The notes: generated by a model not told the origin, from the letters alone. 64,000 nt of DNA from an uncultured Phycisphaerales bacterium (GCA_963758525.1 CAVWVQ010000003.1:2528001-2592000); one strand, 5' to 3'. Shown: positions 41,713 to 52,431, counted from the first letter of the stretch. Made by a program: numbers and translations.

Positions 41713-41951
41713 CGCCTTGACGTGCCAGATCCCTGGCGTCCTTACCCTTGACGGTATCGACCTGTATCGCGGACGGCGTGCATTAAATCAGCAATCGCGA
41801 ACCGCGCCAACTTGCAGCCCTGTGGCGAGCCAAACCCTGGCTCTCGAACCCATGGGTGCGTGACGCTAACCTTTGAGTCATCGTCCAATAAAGAATAATG
41901 TGATGCCAAAGTGTCGGTCGATAGGCGACCAGAGGACCTTGCAGAGGAACT

Positions 41952-42581
41952 ATGCCGGTTGAAAGCGCGGCCCAAGTCCGGCTTCGAGCCGCGGGACGCA
42001 TCAAGTCCCGTCTTGTGGAAGCATTGCGCGATGACCTTGCGGCGATGGCCGGGGCAGGGGCTTTCGCGCCGACCTGGCTGACGGCGCGGGAGATCGGCCG
42101 GCAACTGGACCAGACGGGCTACTGGCTCTCTCACAATGAGCCCCTGGCGCCGTTCTTGTCGGCGGAGCAGTGCCTCACGATGGTGACTGCCGCCCTCAAT
42201 GATCTGACTGCCAACGACGCGCGAAACTGGTGGCGCCATGAGGCGCGCTACCATCCGCATCAGATCGACTGGTCGGTTCGCGCCCGCGAAACCGCGGATC
42301 GCCTTCGCGCCTCCCGACCCGGCGAAGCACGCACCGCGATCTATGGCGGCTCTGAGGGAGAGTCGGTGATCTTCGCGAATGAAGATTTCGCGAATGGTCC
42401 AGTGGTGCGCCGACAGGTGGCGCTGCTGCGCGACAACTTGCGTGCCGCGGCCATCTCCGAGCTGGGGTTCGCCATTTCCACCGACGGCGGAGCCTGGGTC
42501 ATGCTGGTGTACACGACCAGCGAGCGCCTGCTGCAATCGGTCCTGTTCAGTCTGTGGAAGAGCACGTCCGCGGATGCATGA
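41952..42581 (+). CDS. hypothetical protein
   Basis: ORF with GC-type codon use and RBS GAGG; no motif recognised. Confidence 0.6.
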   Translation: MPVESAAQVRLRAAGRIKSRLVEALRDDLAAMAGAGAFAPTWLTAREIGRQLDQTGYWLSHNEPLAPFLSAEQCLTMVTAALNDLTANDARNWWRHEARYHPHQIDWSVRARETADRLRASRPGEARTAIYGGSEGESVIFANEDFANGPVVRRQVALLRDNLRAAAISELGFAISTDGGAWVMLVYTTSERLLQSVLFSLWKSTSADA

Positions 42582-42620
42582 TGTGTTGTGAGTGCTCAAG
42601 CCGTGCCATAAAATTCAGTC

Positions 42621-43514
42621 ATGCCTGATGTCGGGACATGGACGGTCCGACGGATTCTCGAGTGGACCACCGCTTATTTCACCCGAAAGCAGGTCGATCC
42701 GGCCCGCCTTTCGGCTGAGTTGCTGCTGGCACACGTCCTGGCCATGCCCCGGATCAAACTTTATATCGAATACGACCGGGTGCTCACCGAACGCCAGCTT
42801 TCTGGCTATAAAGAACTGGTTCAGCGGGCGATCCATCAGGAGCCGATCGCATATCTCACCGGTCGGGCACATTTTTTCAATCTTGAGTTTGAGGTGACTC
42901 GCGACGTGCTGATCCCTCGGCCCGACACCGAAACGCTCGTTGAAAACGTGCTGCAACTGGCTCGCCATCAGAGCGGGCTCGAAGCGCCGCGCGTGCTGGA
43001 TTTGTGTACCGGGAGCGGCTGCATCGCCGCGGCGATCGCGCATCATCTTAAATCGGCGACGGTCGTCGCAACGGACCTTTCGGCAAAGGCCGTCGAGGTG
43101 GCATCGCAAAACGTGCGGAAGCTGGGCCTCAGCGAGCGCGTGGTCGTCGAACAGGGGGATCTCTTTGAACCGATCGCAAAGCTCGTCGATCCGCAGCCGT
43201 TTGATTTGATTGTTTCCAATCCGCCGTACATACCGACCGGGCAGATTGAGACGCTTGACCGGAGCGTGCGCGACTATGAACCGTTGGGCGCGCTGGATGG
43301 CGGCCTGGACGGATTGGCGTTTCACCGCAGAATACTGAACGAAGCGCCGGATCGCCTGGTTCCCGGCGGCCGGATTTTCCTGGAAATTGCCTTCGATCAG
43401 GGGGCTGGCGCGATGCAGGTCGCGGAAGCGCATGCGGCGACGTTTGTCGAACCGCGCCTGCTGAAAGACTTTGGCGGCCGCGATCGCGTGCTGACTCTCC
43501 GGCGCGCATCATGA
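42621..43514 (+). CDS. prmC: release-factor glutamine methyltransferase
   Basis: VLIPRPDTE, DLCTGSG, NPPY, EP..ALDGG.DG. Confidence 0.95.
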   Translation: MPDVGTWTVRRILEWTTAYFTRKQVDPARLSAELLLAHVLAMPRIKLYIEYDRVLTERQLSGYKELVQRAIHQEPIAYLTGRAHFFNLEFEVTRDVLIPRPDTETLVENVLQLARHQSGLEAPRVLDLCTGSGCIAAAIAHHLKSATVVATDLSAKAVEVASQNVRKLGLSERVVVEQGDLFEPIAKLVDPQPFDLIVSNPPYIPTGQIETLDRSVRDYEPLGALDGGLDGLAFHRRILNEAPDRLVPGGRIFLEIAFDQGAGAMQVAEAHAATFVEPRLLKDFGGRDRVLTLRRAS

Positions 43515-43548
43515 TCTGCCGTGTTCCACGTGTTGCAAGGAGACTTTA

Positions 43549-44948
43549 GTGATCAAGGTTGTGATGGTCGGCGCGGGCAGCGTCGTCTTCTCCAAAAATC
43601 TTACCGGTGACATCCTTGGCTTTCCCGAGTTCAGGAACGCGACGCTCACCTACATGGACATCGACCGCGACCGGCTCATGGTCGGCGCGCAGCTTTGCCG
43701 GAAAGTCGCGCGCGCCTGGGCGCGGAACCGGCAATCGAAATGACCGCCGATCGGCGCGAAGCGTTGCGCGGCGCCGATTTTGTCATCAACATGGTGCAGA
43801 TCGGCGGATTCGATTCGACGCTCGTCGACTTTGAAATCCCCCGCAAATACGGGCTGCATTTTACAATCGCCGACACCACCGGCCCCGGCGGACTGTTCCG
43901 CGCACTGCGCACCTTCCCGATGCTCACGGCTCTCTGCCGCGACATGCAAGAGATCTGTCCGAAAGCGGTTCTGCTGAACTACTCCAACCCGATGAGCATG
44001 AACATGCAGACGATCTCGCGCACCAGCGACGTCCGCGCCGTCGGGCTCTGTCACAGCGTGCAGGGAACGTTCGACCAGCTCATGGGATATCTCGGCGAGG
44101 ATCCTCAAACAGTCGCCTTCATCTGCGCCGGCATCAATCACATGGCGTTTTATCTTCGCATCGAAAAGGACGGCCACGATCTCTATCCGCGCCTTTTCGA
44201 CGCCATGTCGAGACCCGACATTTATACGACAAACCGCGTCCGGTTCGAGTTGATGCGCCGCCTTGGATACTTCGTCACTGAATCGAGCGAACACAACGCC
44301 GAATATTCTCCGTTCTTCATCCCGCATGGGAAGGACTCCATCGTTCGCCACGCGGTGCCGCTCAACGAATACCTGTGCCGTTGCGAGAAGAGCATCGGCG
44401 AGTTCGAAAGGATGAAGGCCGCCTGTCAATCGGACGAGCCGATCGAGGTGCGGCGGAGTCACGAGTATGGCAGCACGATCATTCATGCGATGGTCACGGG
44501 CGCGCCCACCGTGGTTTACGGCAACATGCCCAATCGCGGTGCCATCGCTAATCTTCCCGCAGACGCGATAGCCGAAGCGCCGACATTGGTGGATCGCTCC
44601 GGATTGCAGTTCACGACGGTCGGCCCGCTTCCCCCGCAGTTGCTAGGATACATGCAGCCGCACGTGATTCAACATGAGTTGTTCATTCGCGCCGCGATGG
44701 AAGGACGGCGCGATCACCTCTATCAGGCGGCAATGTTTGACCCGCTTACCTCGGCGACGCTGACGCTCGATCAGATCGTCGAACTGTGCGATGAGCTGAT
44801 CGCGGCGCACGGGTTCGTTTCCGACGGCGGATGCCTTCCCCCGCTCGATGCGAAAAAGACGCTGGTGTCTTGCAGCGGAAAGACGTTTGGGCCGGCTGAT
44901 CCTGCGCAGCTTCGGGCGAGTTGGACCGCCGCGAAAAGTGAAGCCTGA
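43549..44948 (+). CDS. melA: GH4 alpha-galactosidase (MelA-like); one base missing at ~43712
   Basis: VGAGSVVF, DTTGPGG.FR, NYSNP, GLCHS, GINH, ESSEH. Confidence 0.88.
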
Positions 44949-45000
44949 CTCGGGATCGGGCGGTTAGCAGCGACTAACCGAGCCCGGCGATAGGTGGACG

Positions 45001-45064
45001 ACCATCTCTGCGCGCTACCCTCTCTCCCGGTAACGCGGGAGAGGGGGTAGCGCGCAGAGATGGT
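45001..45064. repeat. REP-like palindrome extended into a 28-bp-arm hairpin after melA
   Basis: ACCATCTCTGCGCGCTACCCTCTCTCCC-GGTAACGC-GGGAGAGGGGGTAGCGCGCAGAGATGGT. Confidence 0.85.
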
Positions 45065-45311
45065 CGTGAATGGCCAGTTTGTCCCTCTGCCAGGAAGATC
45101 GGGGCAAGGACGACCCGGTTCATCCAGTTGTAGCGGGAACGCTTTGCGAAGCAGAGCCCTTCAGCGATCCATCTCCTCGAATCCGAACGTCTCGCGAGCT
45201 GCCTGGATTTCTGCGCCACACACGCTACAGCTTGCCGGATTTGCCTTTGGAATGGATTCTTCCTGTCGCGCAGGCCGATTTTGCGCTCTCCCATCGGGTC
45301 GTCCTGATACG

Positions 45312-45491
45312 ATGCGACCCATGCGGCACGTGCGGTTTTTCCCGTTCACTTTCCTCTCGGGCGTCCACGGATTTGCCATTTTCGCGCCCTATTTGATCGT
45401 TGTGATGGCGATCTCCTTCTATCGGGGCCGCCGACGGATGCTGCAGCCCGTTCCCGTTCGTGTGCCGGTATCATCGAATCCGCGCTCGTAA
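45312..45491 (+). CDS. possible small single-TM protein
   Basis: Hydrophobic stretch followed by RGRRR..LQPVPVR; start uncertain. Confidence 0.4.
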   Translation: MRPMRHVRFFPFTFLSGVHGFAIFAPYLIVVMAISFYRGRRRMLQPVPVRVPVSSNPRS

Positions 45492-45667
45492 CCGATTATC
45501 CCGTGGCGGAACGCTCGCAGGGATCACGCACGCTTCTCTTGCACGGAGCCCTTTACACAGGTGGTCACCGCCTCAAACTGCGCCACGCCCTGCGCTTGCT
45601 GGACAGGAGTTCAACTGCCGTTGCGAATCCGGTGCTATCATCAAGTCACAAACCGGAGGCGTCCACA

Positions 45668-46174
45668 ATGGCCGAAAGCAATCCGCTGGAAGTTCTTCTC
45701 AAGCACGATCATTGGGCAACGCAGCAGATTCTGGAGGCGTGCGTAAAGCTGTCGCCGGATCAGTTTCATCGCAAGTTCGAGATGGGGCGGGGCAATCTGC
45801 AGGATACCACGACGCACATTCTGGGCGCCATGCGCGGGTGGACGGACGTGCTGGTCGGAGGAGAAGCGCGCCCGCGTCTTGACGCCGATCCCCCGCGGAC
45901 GGCCAAAGAGTTGCTGACGCTGCTGCCGGAAGTCACCGCGGACTTCGACGCCGTGGCTCACGCGCATCCGCTGGACGAAATCGTCACCGCGGTCCGCGGC
46001 GGGAAGTCGTATTCCTTCACGCGCGGCGCCGTGCTCACCCACGTCACGACACACGGCATGCATCATCGCGCCCAATGTCTCAACATGCTCCGCCACGTCG
46101 GGGTTTCGCCCTTGCCATTGAGTTCCGTGCTGGAGTGGATGCGGGAAGTCGACCAGGTGAGGGATCCGCAATGA
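45668..46174 (+). CDS. DinB family protein
   Basis: H..WAT, T..HI, HV.THGMHHRAQ; RBS GGAGG. Confidence 0.9.
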   Translation: MAESNPLEVLLKHDHWATQQILEACVKLSPDQFHRKFEMGRGNLQDTTTHILGAMRGWTDVLVGGEARPRLDADPPRTAKELLTLLPEVTADFDAVAHAHPLDEIVTAVRGGKSYSFTRGAVLTHVTTHGMHHRAQCLNMLRHVGVSPLPLSSVLEWMREVDQVRDPQ

Positions 46175-46225
46175 CCGGACGCTCCGCTGCTTGTCGCTTG
46201 TTTTGACGATGATAGAGTGACGGAT

Positions 46226-46555
46226 ATGCGGGATCACCAATTGATTGACGAAAGAAGTTTGGCGCTGGCACAAGCTATCGCGGAGCGGCTTCGGCAGGAT
46301 CCGAGCCTGGTATCCCTGGCACGCGCCAATGTCGAGAGGTGGCGCAGATCCTGCTCGCCGCACGTCAGATCCACTTTGCAGGAATGGCTGGCGGTGCTGG
46401 ATGGCCCGGTCGACGGGGTGATTTCCCTGCTGACCAGCGACGATGAGCGGGCTGTTCGTCTTCGTCAGTCCAATCCTTTCGCGGGCGCATTGCCGCAGAA
46501 GGTGCGAAACGAAATTCTTCTGAGGTTTGAGGCCCGTGACAAGGCAGCAACTTGA
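46226..46555 (+). CDS. putative antitoxin partner of DUF6036
   Basis: ERSL.LA.AIA.RL..DP...EW...LRQS.PFAG; overlaps the next gene. Confidence 0.65.
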   Translation: MRDHQLIDERSLALAQAIAERLRQDPSLVSLARANVERWRRSCSPHVRSTLQEWLAVLDGPVDGVISLLTSDDERAVRLRQSNPFAGALPQKVRNEILLRFEARDKAAT

Positions 46556-47063
46556 GCACATCATCAGGGCCGCCGCCGGAACCGCCAATGTTCGTGACGT
46601 TGTAGTGATCGGCAGCCAGTCGATTTTGGGAAGTTATCCCGACGCTCCGCCCGAGCTCACGCAATCGATGGAAGCCGACGTCTTCCCCAAAGATGCTCCA
46701 GAGCGAGCTATTGTCATTGATGGCGCGATCGGCGAGGAATCACTATTTCATCAAACCTTCGGTTACTACGCCCACGGCGTGGGCGAGACCACGGCGATTC
46801 TTCCGGACGGCTGGCGTGATCGCCTCGTCAAAGTGGAGAGTGCTTCGACGGCGGGCGCAGTGGGCTGGTGCCTGGAAGTTCATGATCTGGCAGTGAGCAA
46901 GCTTGTGGCTGGGAGGGAAAAGGATCTTGATTTTGTTCGCGCGATGATCCGAGCCAACCTTGCCTCCACAGAGCAGATCGGAAACCGACTGGCGCATACG
47001 CCAGGGCTGTCTCCAGAACTGCGCACGCTCACCGCGGCCCGTTTCGAGCGCGCCAAGCGATAA
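46536..47063 (+). CDS. DUF6036-like nucleotidyltransferase-fold protein
   Basis: VIGSQSILG...S.EAD, LP.GW..RL, DL.VSKL.AGREKD. Confidence 0.75.
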   Translation: MTRQQLEHIIRAAAGTANVRDVVVIGSQSILGSYPDAPPELTQSMEADVFPKDAPERAIVIDGAIGEESLFHQTFGYYAHGVGETTAILPDGWRDRLVKVESASTAGAVGWCLEVHDLAVSKLVAGREKDLDFVRAMIRANLASTEQIGNRLAHTPGLSPELRTLTAARFERAKR

Positions 47064-47073
47064 ACGCGTCACT

Positions 47074-48759
47074 TCATCCAACAGTCAGCTTGCGATACTT
47101 AATTCGATGCGGCTGATCCGCTGCAATCCCCAGCCGCGCATGACGGTCTGCTTCGTAGGCCGAGTAGTTGCCGTCGAACCATACGACTTTGCTGTCGCCC
47201 TCAAATGCAAGGATATGAGTTGCGATTCTGTCGAGAAACCAGCGGTCGTGGCTGATGACGACCGCGCAGCCGGCAAAGTTCTGCATCGCTTCCTCGAGGC
47301 TGCGCATCACGTTGATGTCCAGATCGTTGGTCGGCTCGTCCAGCAGAATCACATTCGCGCCGCTCTTGAGCATGCGGGCCAGATGAATGCGGTTGCGCTC
47401 GCCGCCGGAGAGCACTCCGACTTTTTTCTGTTGATCGGTCCCGGTGAATCCGAGCCGCGAGACGTACGCCCGGCTGTTCATCTGCACGGAGCCGAGCTTG
47501 ATGATCTCCTGCTTGTCGGAGATCGCTTCCCAGACGTTGTCGTCATCATTAAGTGAGGATCGGCTCTGCTCGACGTAGGCAAGCTTCACGCTCGCGCCCA
47601 GGGAAAATTCCCCTGAATCGGGCTTTTCCTGGCCGGTGATCATGCGGAACAGCGTCGTCTTGCCGGACCCGTTTGGCCCGATGACGCCGATGATTCCGCC
47701 GGGCGGCAGCGAGAAGTTCAATTCGGAGAACAGGAGCTTGTCGCCGAACGACTTGCTGACGTTGATCGCCTCGATCACCTTCTGCCCCAGGCGCGGACCC
47801 GGGGGAATGTAGATTTCGATCTCCGTCACCCGTTCGCGCGCGTCCTGATTGAGCATCTGCTCGTAGGCGGCAATACGGGCCTTGCTCTTGGTCTGCCGGG
47901 CGCGGGCGGATGCGCGCACCCATTCCAGTTCGCGCGCCATGGCCTTCTGCCGGGAGGCTTCCTGCTTCTCCTGCTGGGCGAGGCGTGCCTGCTTCTGCTC
48001 CAGCCAGCTCGAATAGTTTCCCTTCCACGGAATTCCCGCGCCGCGATCCAGTTCGAGAATCCATCCTGCGGCATTGTCGAGAAAATACCGATCATGCGTG
48101 ACGGCGATCACCGTTCCCGCGTAGCGCTGCAGATGCTGTTCAAGCCACGCGACGGACTCGGCGTCGAGATGGTTCGTTGGCTCGTCGAGGATCAATACGT
48201 CGGGTTTCTGCAGCAGCAATCGGCAGAGCGCCACTCTCCGGCGCTCGCCGCCGGAAAGCACTTTCACCAGCGTGTCCGGCGGAGCGCATCGCAGCGCATC
48301 CATCGCCATTTCCAATTGTGAATCGATGTCCCAGGCTCCCAGGTGGTCAAGCTGTTCCTGCACTTCGCCCTGCCGTTCGAGCAGGGCGTTCATCGCGTCG
48401 TCCTCCATCGGCTCGGCGAACTTCTCGTTGATCGCTTCAAACTCCTTGAGCAGATCGACCGTCTTCTGCATGCCCTGCTCGACAACCTGCCGCACTGTCT
48501 TTGAGTCATCCAGCGCCGGTTCCTGCTCGAGGTAGCCGATGGTGTATCCCGGCGAAAGGCTGATTTGCCCGTCGAAGTTTTTGTCGACCCCCGCCAGGAT
48601 TTTCAGCAGCGAGCTTTTGCCCGAGCCGTTGAGACCGAGCACACCGATCTTTGCGCCGTAGAAGTAGGAGAGATAGATGTCCTTGAGGACGACTTTTTTG
48701 TCGTGCCGCTTGGTGACACCGATCATCGAATAAATGACTTTGTTGGGTTCGTCGCTCAT
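47074..48759 (-). CDS. ettA: energy-dependent translational throttle EttA (ABC-F)
   Basis: LSYFYGAKIGVLGLNGSGKS, LDAESVAWLE, IPPGPRLG, PHRIKYRKL. Confidence 0.96.
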   Translation of the reverse strand: MSDEPNKVIYSMIGVTKRHDKKVVLKDIYLSYFYGAKIGVLGLNGSGKSSLLKILAGVDKNFDGQISLSPGYTIGYLEQEPALDDSKTVRQVVEQGMQKTVDLLKEFEAINEKFAEPMEDDAMNALLERQGEVQEQLDHLGAWDIDSQLEMAMDALRCAPPDTLVKVLSGGERRRVALCRLLLQKPDVLILDEPTNHLDAESVAWLEQHLQRYAGTVIAVTHDRYFLDNAAGWILELDRGAGIPWKGNYSSWLEQKQARLAQQEKQEASRQKAMARELEWVRASARARQTKSKARIAAYEQMLNQDARERVTEIEIYIPPGPRLGQKVIEAINVSKSFGDKLLFSELNFSLPPGGIIGVIGPNGSGKTTLFRMITGQEKPDSGEFSLGASVKLAYVEQSRSSLNDDDNVWEAISDKQEIIKLGSVQMNSRAYVSRLGFTGTDQQKKVGVLSGGERNRIHLARMLKSGANVILLDEPTNDLDINVMRSLEEAMQNFAGCAVVISHDRWFLDRIATHILAFEGDSKVVWFDGNYSAYEADRHARLGIAADQPHRIKYRKLTVG

Positions 48760-48875
48760 GCCGGTCGTCACGGTATAGGAACATGCATCGCTTGCAAGCG
48801 CGGCAGCCGGAGTTTTGCTGGCGAATTGCGATTCGGATGTTTAAAATAGTGGTGATTCGGGACTGGACGGTTCGC

Positions 48876-49277
48876 ATGACGGTCGAGCAAATTGATGAAC
48901 GCTGGCAGGCGCACCGTGACGCGTGGGTGCGCTGCTGAAGGAGCTTGCGGCCCAGGTAGCGCAATGGGCACAAGACCAGAACTGGTCCGTGCATCGGGAG
49001 ATGAAGCTGATCAGTGAGGATCTCATCGGAGAGTACGAAGCGCCGGCTCTGCGCATTCGCACGGTGTCTGGAGAGGTGCGGCTTGATCCGGTGGCTCTGC
49101 GCATCGTCGGCGCTGACGGCCGTGTCGATCTCGAGGCGTGGCCTTCTTTGAACCGAGTGAAACTACTCCGGCGCGGGAAAGTGGATCATCATGACCGACT
49201 CTAACGTGCCGCTGAGAGACGAGTGGAGCCCTGAAACCTTTGTGCGTCTGGTGAACGATCTCGTGTCAGGGGCATGA
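48876..49277 (+). pseudogene. hypothetical protein with two frameshifts (~48928, ~49175)
   Basis: Coherent protein only across three frames: MTVEQIDERW / EDLIGEYEAP..GADGRVDL / WIIMTDSNVPL..W; ATGA overlap with the next gene. Confidence 0.55.
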
Positions 49278-49731
49278 ACCGCGATGACGCATATCGTTCG
49301 TTTCTGAGAATACAGGATCAGCTGGAAGCCTCCCGATTCGCGCTCTCGCGGATGCTTCGCGACGTCGCCGGTGGAGCAGAACTGACCACTGACTTGGAAT
49401 ATCCGCTGCGCCCGCAGCACTTCCGCGAGTGTGCCGCCGAATTGGAACTTACGTATTCGTTGCGGCTCTTCGCATCCTTCGAGGGAGTGCTGCGTTCCTA
49501 TTGGCAGAGCATGCGTCCATCACCAAGGCCGCGTCGTACCCCCGTCGAAGTACTCATGAATCGTATCGCCAGCCGCTGCTCAATGTTTCACGATGTTCTT
49601 TCCGCCGCGCACCAATAAGGGAGTACCGCAACAGCGCCGTGCATCAGGGACTTCCGTCAGTAGTTTTCACGTTCGGCGACGCGAAATCGCGTCTCTCAAA
49701 ATACGTAAGCTATCTGCCGAGAGCTTGGTAG
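49274..49731 (+). CDS. HEPN-like protein; one base missing at ~49612
   Basis: LFASFE helix and R-x4-H (REYRNSAVH) in the shifted frame. Confidence 0.6.
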
Positions 49732-49819
49732 CGGCTCACTTCGGCGCATTCCGCGAGCAGATGCGCCGCACGCCAAGTCCGCTTTGATTTTGAGTCACAC
49801 TGCCCGTAGCCTAAGCCGA

Positions 49820-50695
49820 ATGCCTTCCGTGCCGATCGATGGAGCAGCGCTTTCAGCGGCAATTCGCGCGCGGGTGAAAAAAGAGGTCGCGGCGCTCGTT
49901 GACGCAGGCCGAAACGTTCATCTCACCGCGCTGCTGATCGGGTCCACGTCGGCCGGCGAACTGTACGCTCAGCGCCAACGCGAGGCATGCCAGGCCGTCG
50001 GTATTGATTACGACCTTCGCACGCTCCCCGCGGAGATGCAACAACGCGAAGTCGAGCAGGTTCTCAGCGGGCTTAACCGCGATCCGTCCATCACCGGCAT
50101 CATGCTGCATCTTCCGTTGCCGGATCATCTGGATCCTACAGAGCTGCAATATCAGATCGACCCGGTGAAAGATGTCGAGGGGGTGAACCCGGCCAACATC
50201 GGATATGTCGTCTACGGTCACACGCGAATTGCTCCCTGTACCGCGCTGGCGGTGATCGAGCTGATCAAATCGACCGGCATTCCCCTCCGCGGCGCCGAGG
50301 CAGTTGTCGTCGGCGCCAGTGAAATCGCGGGCAAGCCGATCGCGCTGCTGCTGACCGAGCAGATGGCAACCGTCACGCTCTGTCACATCGCCACCCACGA
50401 TCTTCCCTCGCATACGCGCCGCGCGGAGGTCCTGGTTGTCGCCGTCGGCAAGCCGGCGCTCATCGGCGCGCGGCATCTGCGCGAGGGATCAATCGTGATC
50501 GACGTCGGCATCAACCGCGTCACGGGCGCCGATGGATTCAAAAAAACCATTGGCGACGTCGATCCGCAAGCCGTCAGCGCGATTGCCGCCCGCCACACCC
50601 CCGTTCCCGGGGGCGTCGGGCCGATGACCGTTGCCATGCTCCTGCAAAACACGGTGCGCAGCGCGACATTGCTGGCAGCGCCTTCCGGCGTTTAG
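49820..50695 (+). CDS. folD: methylenetetrahydrofolate dehydrogenase/cyclohydrolase
   Basis: KDVEG, PCT, GKP, VIDVGINR, TPVPGGVGPMT. Confidence 0.95.
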   Translation: MPSVPIDGAALSAAIRARVKKEVAALVDAGRNVHLTALLIGSTSAGELYAQRQREACQAVGIDYDLRTLPAEMQQREVEQVLSGLNRDPSITGIMLHLPLPDHLDPTELQYQIDPVKDVEGVNPANIGYVVYGHTRIAPCTALAVIELIKSTGIPLRGAEAVVVGASEIAGKPIALLLTEQMATVTLCHIATHDLPSHTRRAEVLVVAVGKPALIGARHLREGSIVIDVGINRVTGADGFKKTIGDVDPQAVSAIAARHTPVPGGVGPMTVAMLLQNTVRSATLLAAPSGV

Positions 50696-50751
50696 TCGCC
50701 GAGCTTGCTCGTGCTCTTTCCGCGAAGAACCGCGAGCAAGCTCGGCGGCTA
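50693..50751. repeat. GTAG-type REP inverted pair between convergent genes
   Basis: TAGTCGCCGAGCTTGCTCG ... CGAGCAAGCTCGGCGGCTA. Confidence 0.75.
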
Positions 50752-51720
50752 CACGGGGTTCTGGGTTTCGTGTTTCCTCGAATCTTCGGTTCCCAAGACC
50801 GGACGAAAAAAGCCGCTTAGCTCCTGTGCATAGCGATGAACATCGGCCGCCAATGCAAGCACATGTCCCGCGTCGTCAACTTGCCAGAGGCGATCTTGCG
50901 GAAAACGCTCGCGGCGGATCGCGAGCGCAGCGCAAAGCGCTTCCGCGTCGCTTTCCGAAAGCGTCGGGTCGTGCTTCGGCTGAATCACCATCACCGGACA
51001 ACTGAGCGTCGCGATCGATTTCGTGGTCGACAGGGCCGAAAGAGTCGCGCCCGCGATACGCCCGGCCAGCCAGACCGCGGATCGTTGCATCAGTTCGCCG
51101 GGCGCTCCCAGCCGATCCATCTGCCGCATCGCTGCCCGCGTGAAGTCGACATATGGACTATCCAGCACCACCGCGCAAATATCCTGGCGCAGCGCGGCCG
51201 TCGCCGCGGCAACTGAAGCGCCAAAGCTCGCGCCGAACAAAGCGATGCATCGCGTCTGATCGGGCCGATCGACCAGCAGTTGATCGATCACCTGACTCAC
51301 ATCTTGCCGTTCGAACCATCCGCCGGTGCAATATCGGCCCCCGCTCTCGCCATGCGCCCGCAGATCGATGGCAAGAATATGAAACCCCAGCCCGTGCCAG
51401 AGCGGCGCCCAGGCGATCGCTCCGACCTTGGCGTCCGCATATCCGTGAATGAGCACGACGCAACGATCGGAGCAGCCTGACGCGGGAATCCACCATGCCG
51501 CGAGGCGCAGTGGAGCGCCGCGTTCGTCACGCACGTGAAACGAGATTTCCTCGAAGATGAGACCCAGGTCCCCGGGTGAAAGTCGCCGCAGCAGATATAG
51601 GGCTTTCCCATCATCCATTCTCGGCGGCCGCAGCAACCCCTCTGCCATCAGCGCGATCGCCGCCAGTGCCGCGATCGCGCCAAACGAAAGCACCATAGCG
51701 ATCAATGAGGCATAGTTCAC
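50749..51720 (-). CDS. alpha/beta hydrolase with N-terminal TM
   Basis: HGY, DLRAHGES, GASFG nucleophile, D and AGH; start approximate. Confidence 0.88.
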   Translation of the reverse strand: MNYASLIAMVLSFGAIAALAAIALMAEGLLRPPRMDDGKALYLLRRLSPGDLGLIFEEISFHVRDERGAPLRLAAWWIPASGCSDRCVVLIHGYADAKVGAIAWAPLWHGLGFHILAIDLRAHGESGGRYCTGGWFERQDVSQVIDQLLVDRPDQTRCIALFGASFGASVAAATAALRQDICAVVLDSPYVDFTRAAMRQMDRLGAPGELMQRSAVWLAGRIAGATLSALSTTKSIATLSCPVMVIQPKHDPTLSESDAEALCAALAIRRERFPQDRLWQVDDAGHVLALAADVHRYAQELSGFFRPVLGTEDSRKHETQNPV

Positions 51721-51854
51721 AGACGCATGGTAATGAATTTCTTGAGGTTTTCCGGCATCGCGTCCGATAACGGGCATAGAGATTTCCGGTCATGGATGCC
51801 CGGCGAAGCGTAGGGCGGGATTCATCCCGCCGTTGCCCTCCAAGGAGGCGTGTT

Positions 51855-52235
51855 GTGAAGAGTGCTGTTGCAGCGATAGCGATCGTGGCGGGCTTGGCCG
51901 CCGGTTGTGCCACCGACAAAAAGCCCGTATCCGCCGCTGACACGGCTCCCGGCGCGCTGGACGTCATGCCCGTTGGCAAGCCAGAGCCGATGACAGCCGT
52001 CGCGATGAACACGCCTGCTCCGATGCCCGTGACAGCCGCCCCGGACACCGTCACTACGCAGACCCCCACCGGCTCCGGTGCCGGCGGCTCCTACACCGTC
52101 AAGAAAGGGGACACGCTCTATAAGCTCGCCCGCGAACACTACGGCGACGGCAAACAATGGCAGCGGATCGCCTCAGCAAACCCCGGCCTGACGCCCCAGT
52201 CGTTGCGGGTCGGCCAGACATTGATCATTCCCTGA
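51855..52235 (+). CDS. LysM-domain lipoprotein
   Basis: RBS AAGGAGG, lipobox LAAGC, YTVKKGDTL..LA..YG....W..I..AN....L.VGQ.L.IP. Confidence 0.92.
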   Translation: MKSAVAAIAIVAGLAAGCATDKKPVSAADTAPGALDVMPVGKPEPMTAVAMNTPAPMPVTAAPDTVTTQTPTGSGAGGSYTVKKGDTLYKLAREHYGDGKQWQRIASANPGLTPQSLRVGQTLIIP

Positions 52236-52277
52236 TCGTGCATCGGTTGAGTCGGAGACTCAAACGGAGTGACGATG

Positions 52278-52313
52278 ATCGCCTGCGTCCGGAGGACGGA
52301 GGCGATTTTTTTT
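52278..52313 (+). terminator. rho-independent terminator after the LysM gene
   Basis: ATCGCCT(G)CGTCC-GGA-GGACG(G)AGGCGAT followed by a T-run. Confidence 0.8.
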
Positions 52314-52431
52314 GCGCACCCATTTGACAACATTCAATTTGATTGCGAGATCATGCATGCGGATATCTGATGAAACAGTACGGGCCGGGCATTGACGCCC
52401 GGCCCGCACACCCAAACAACGCTCTTGGGGG

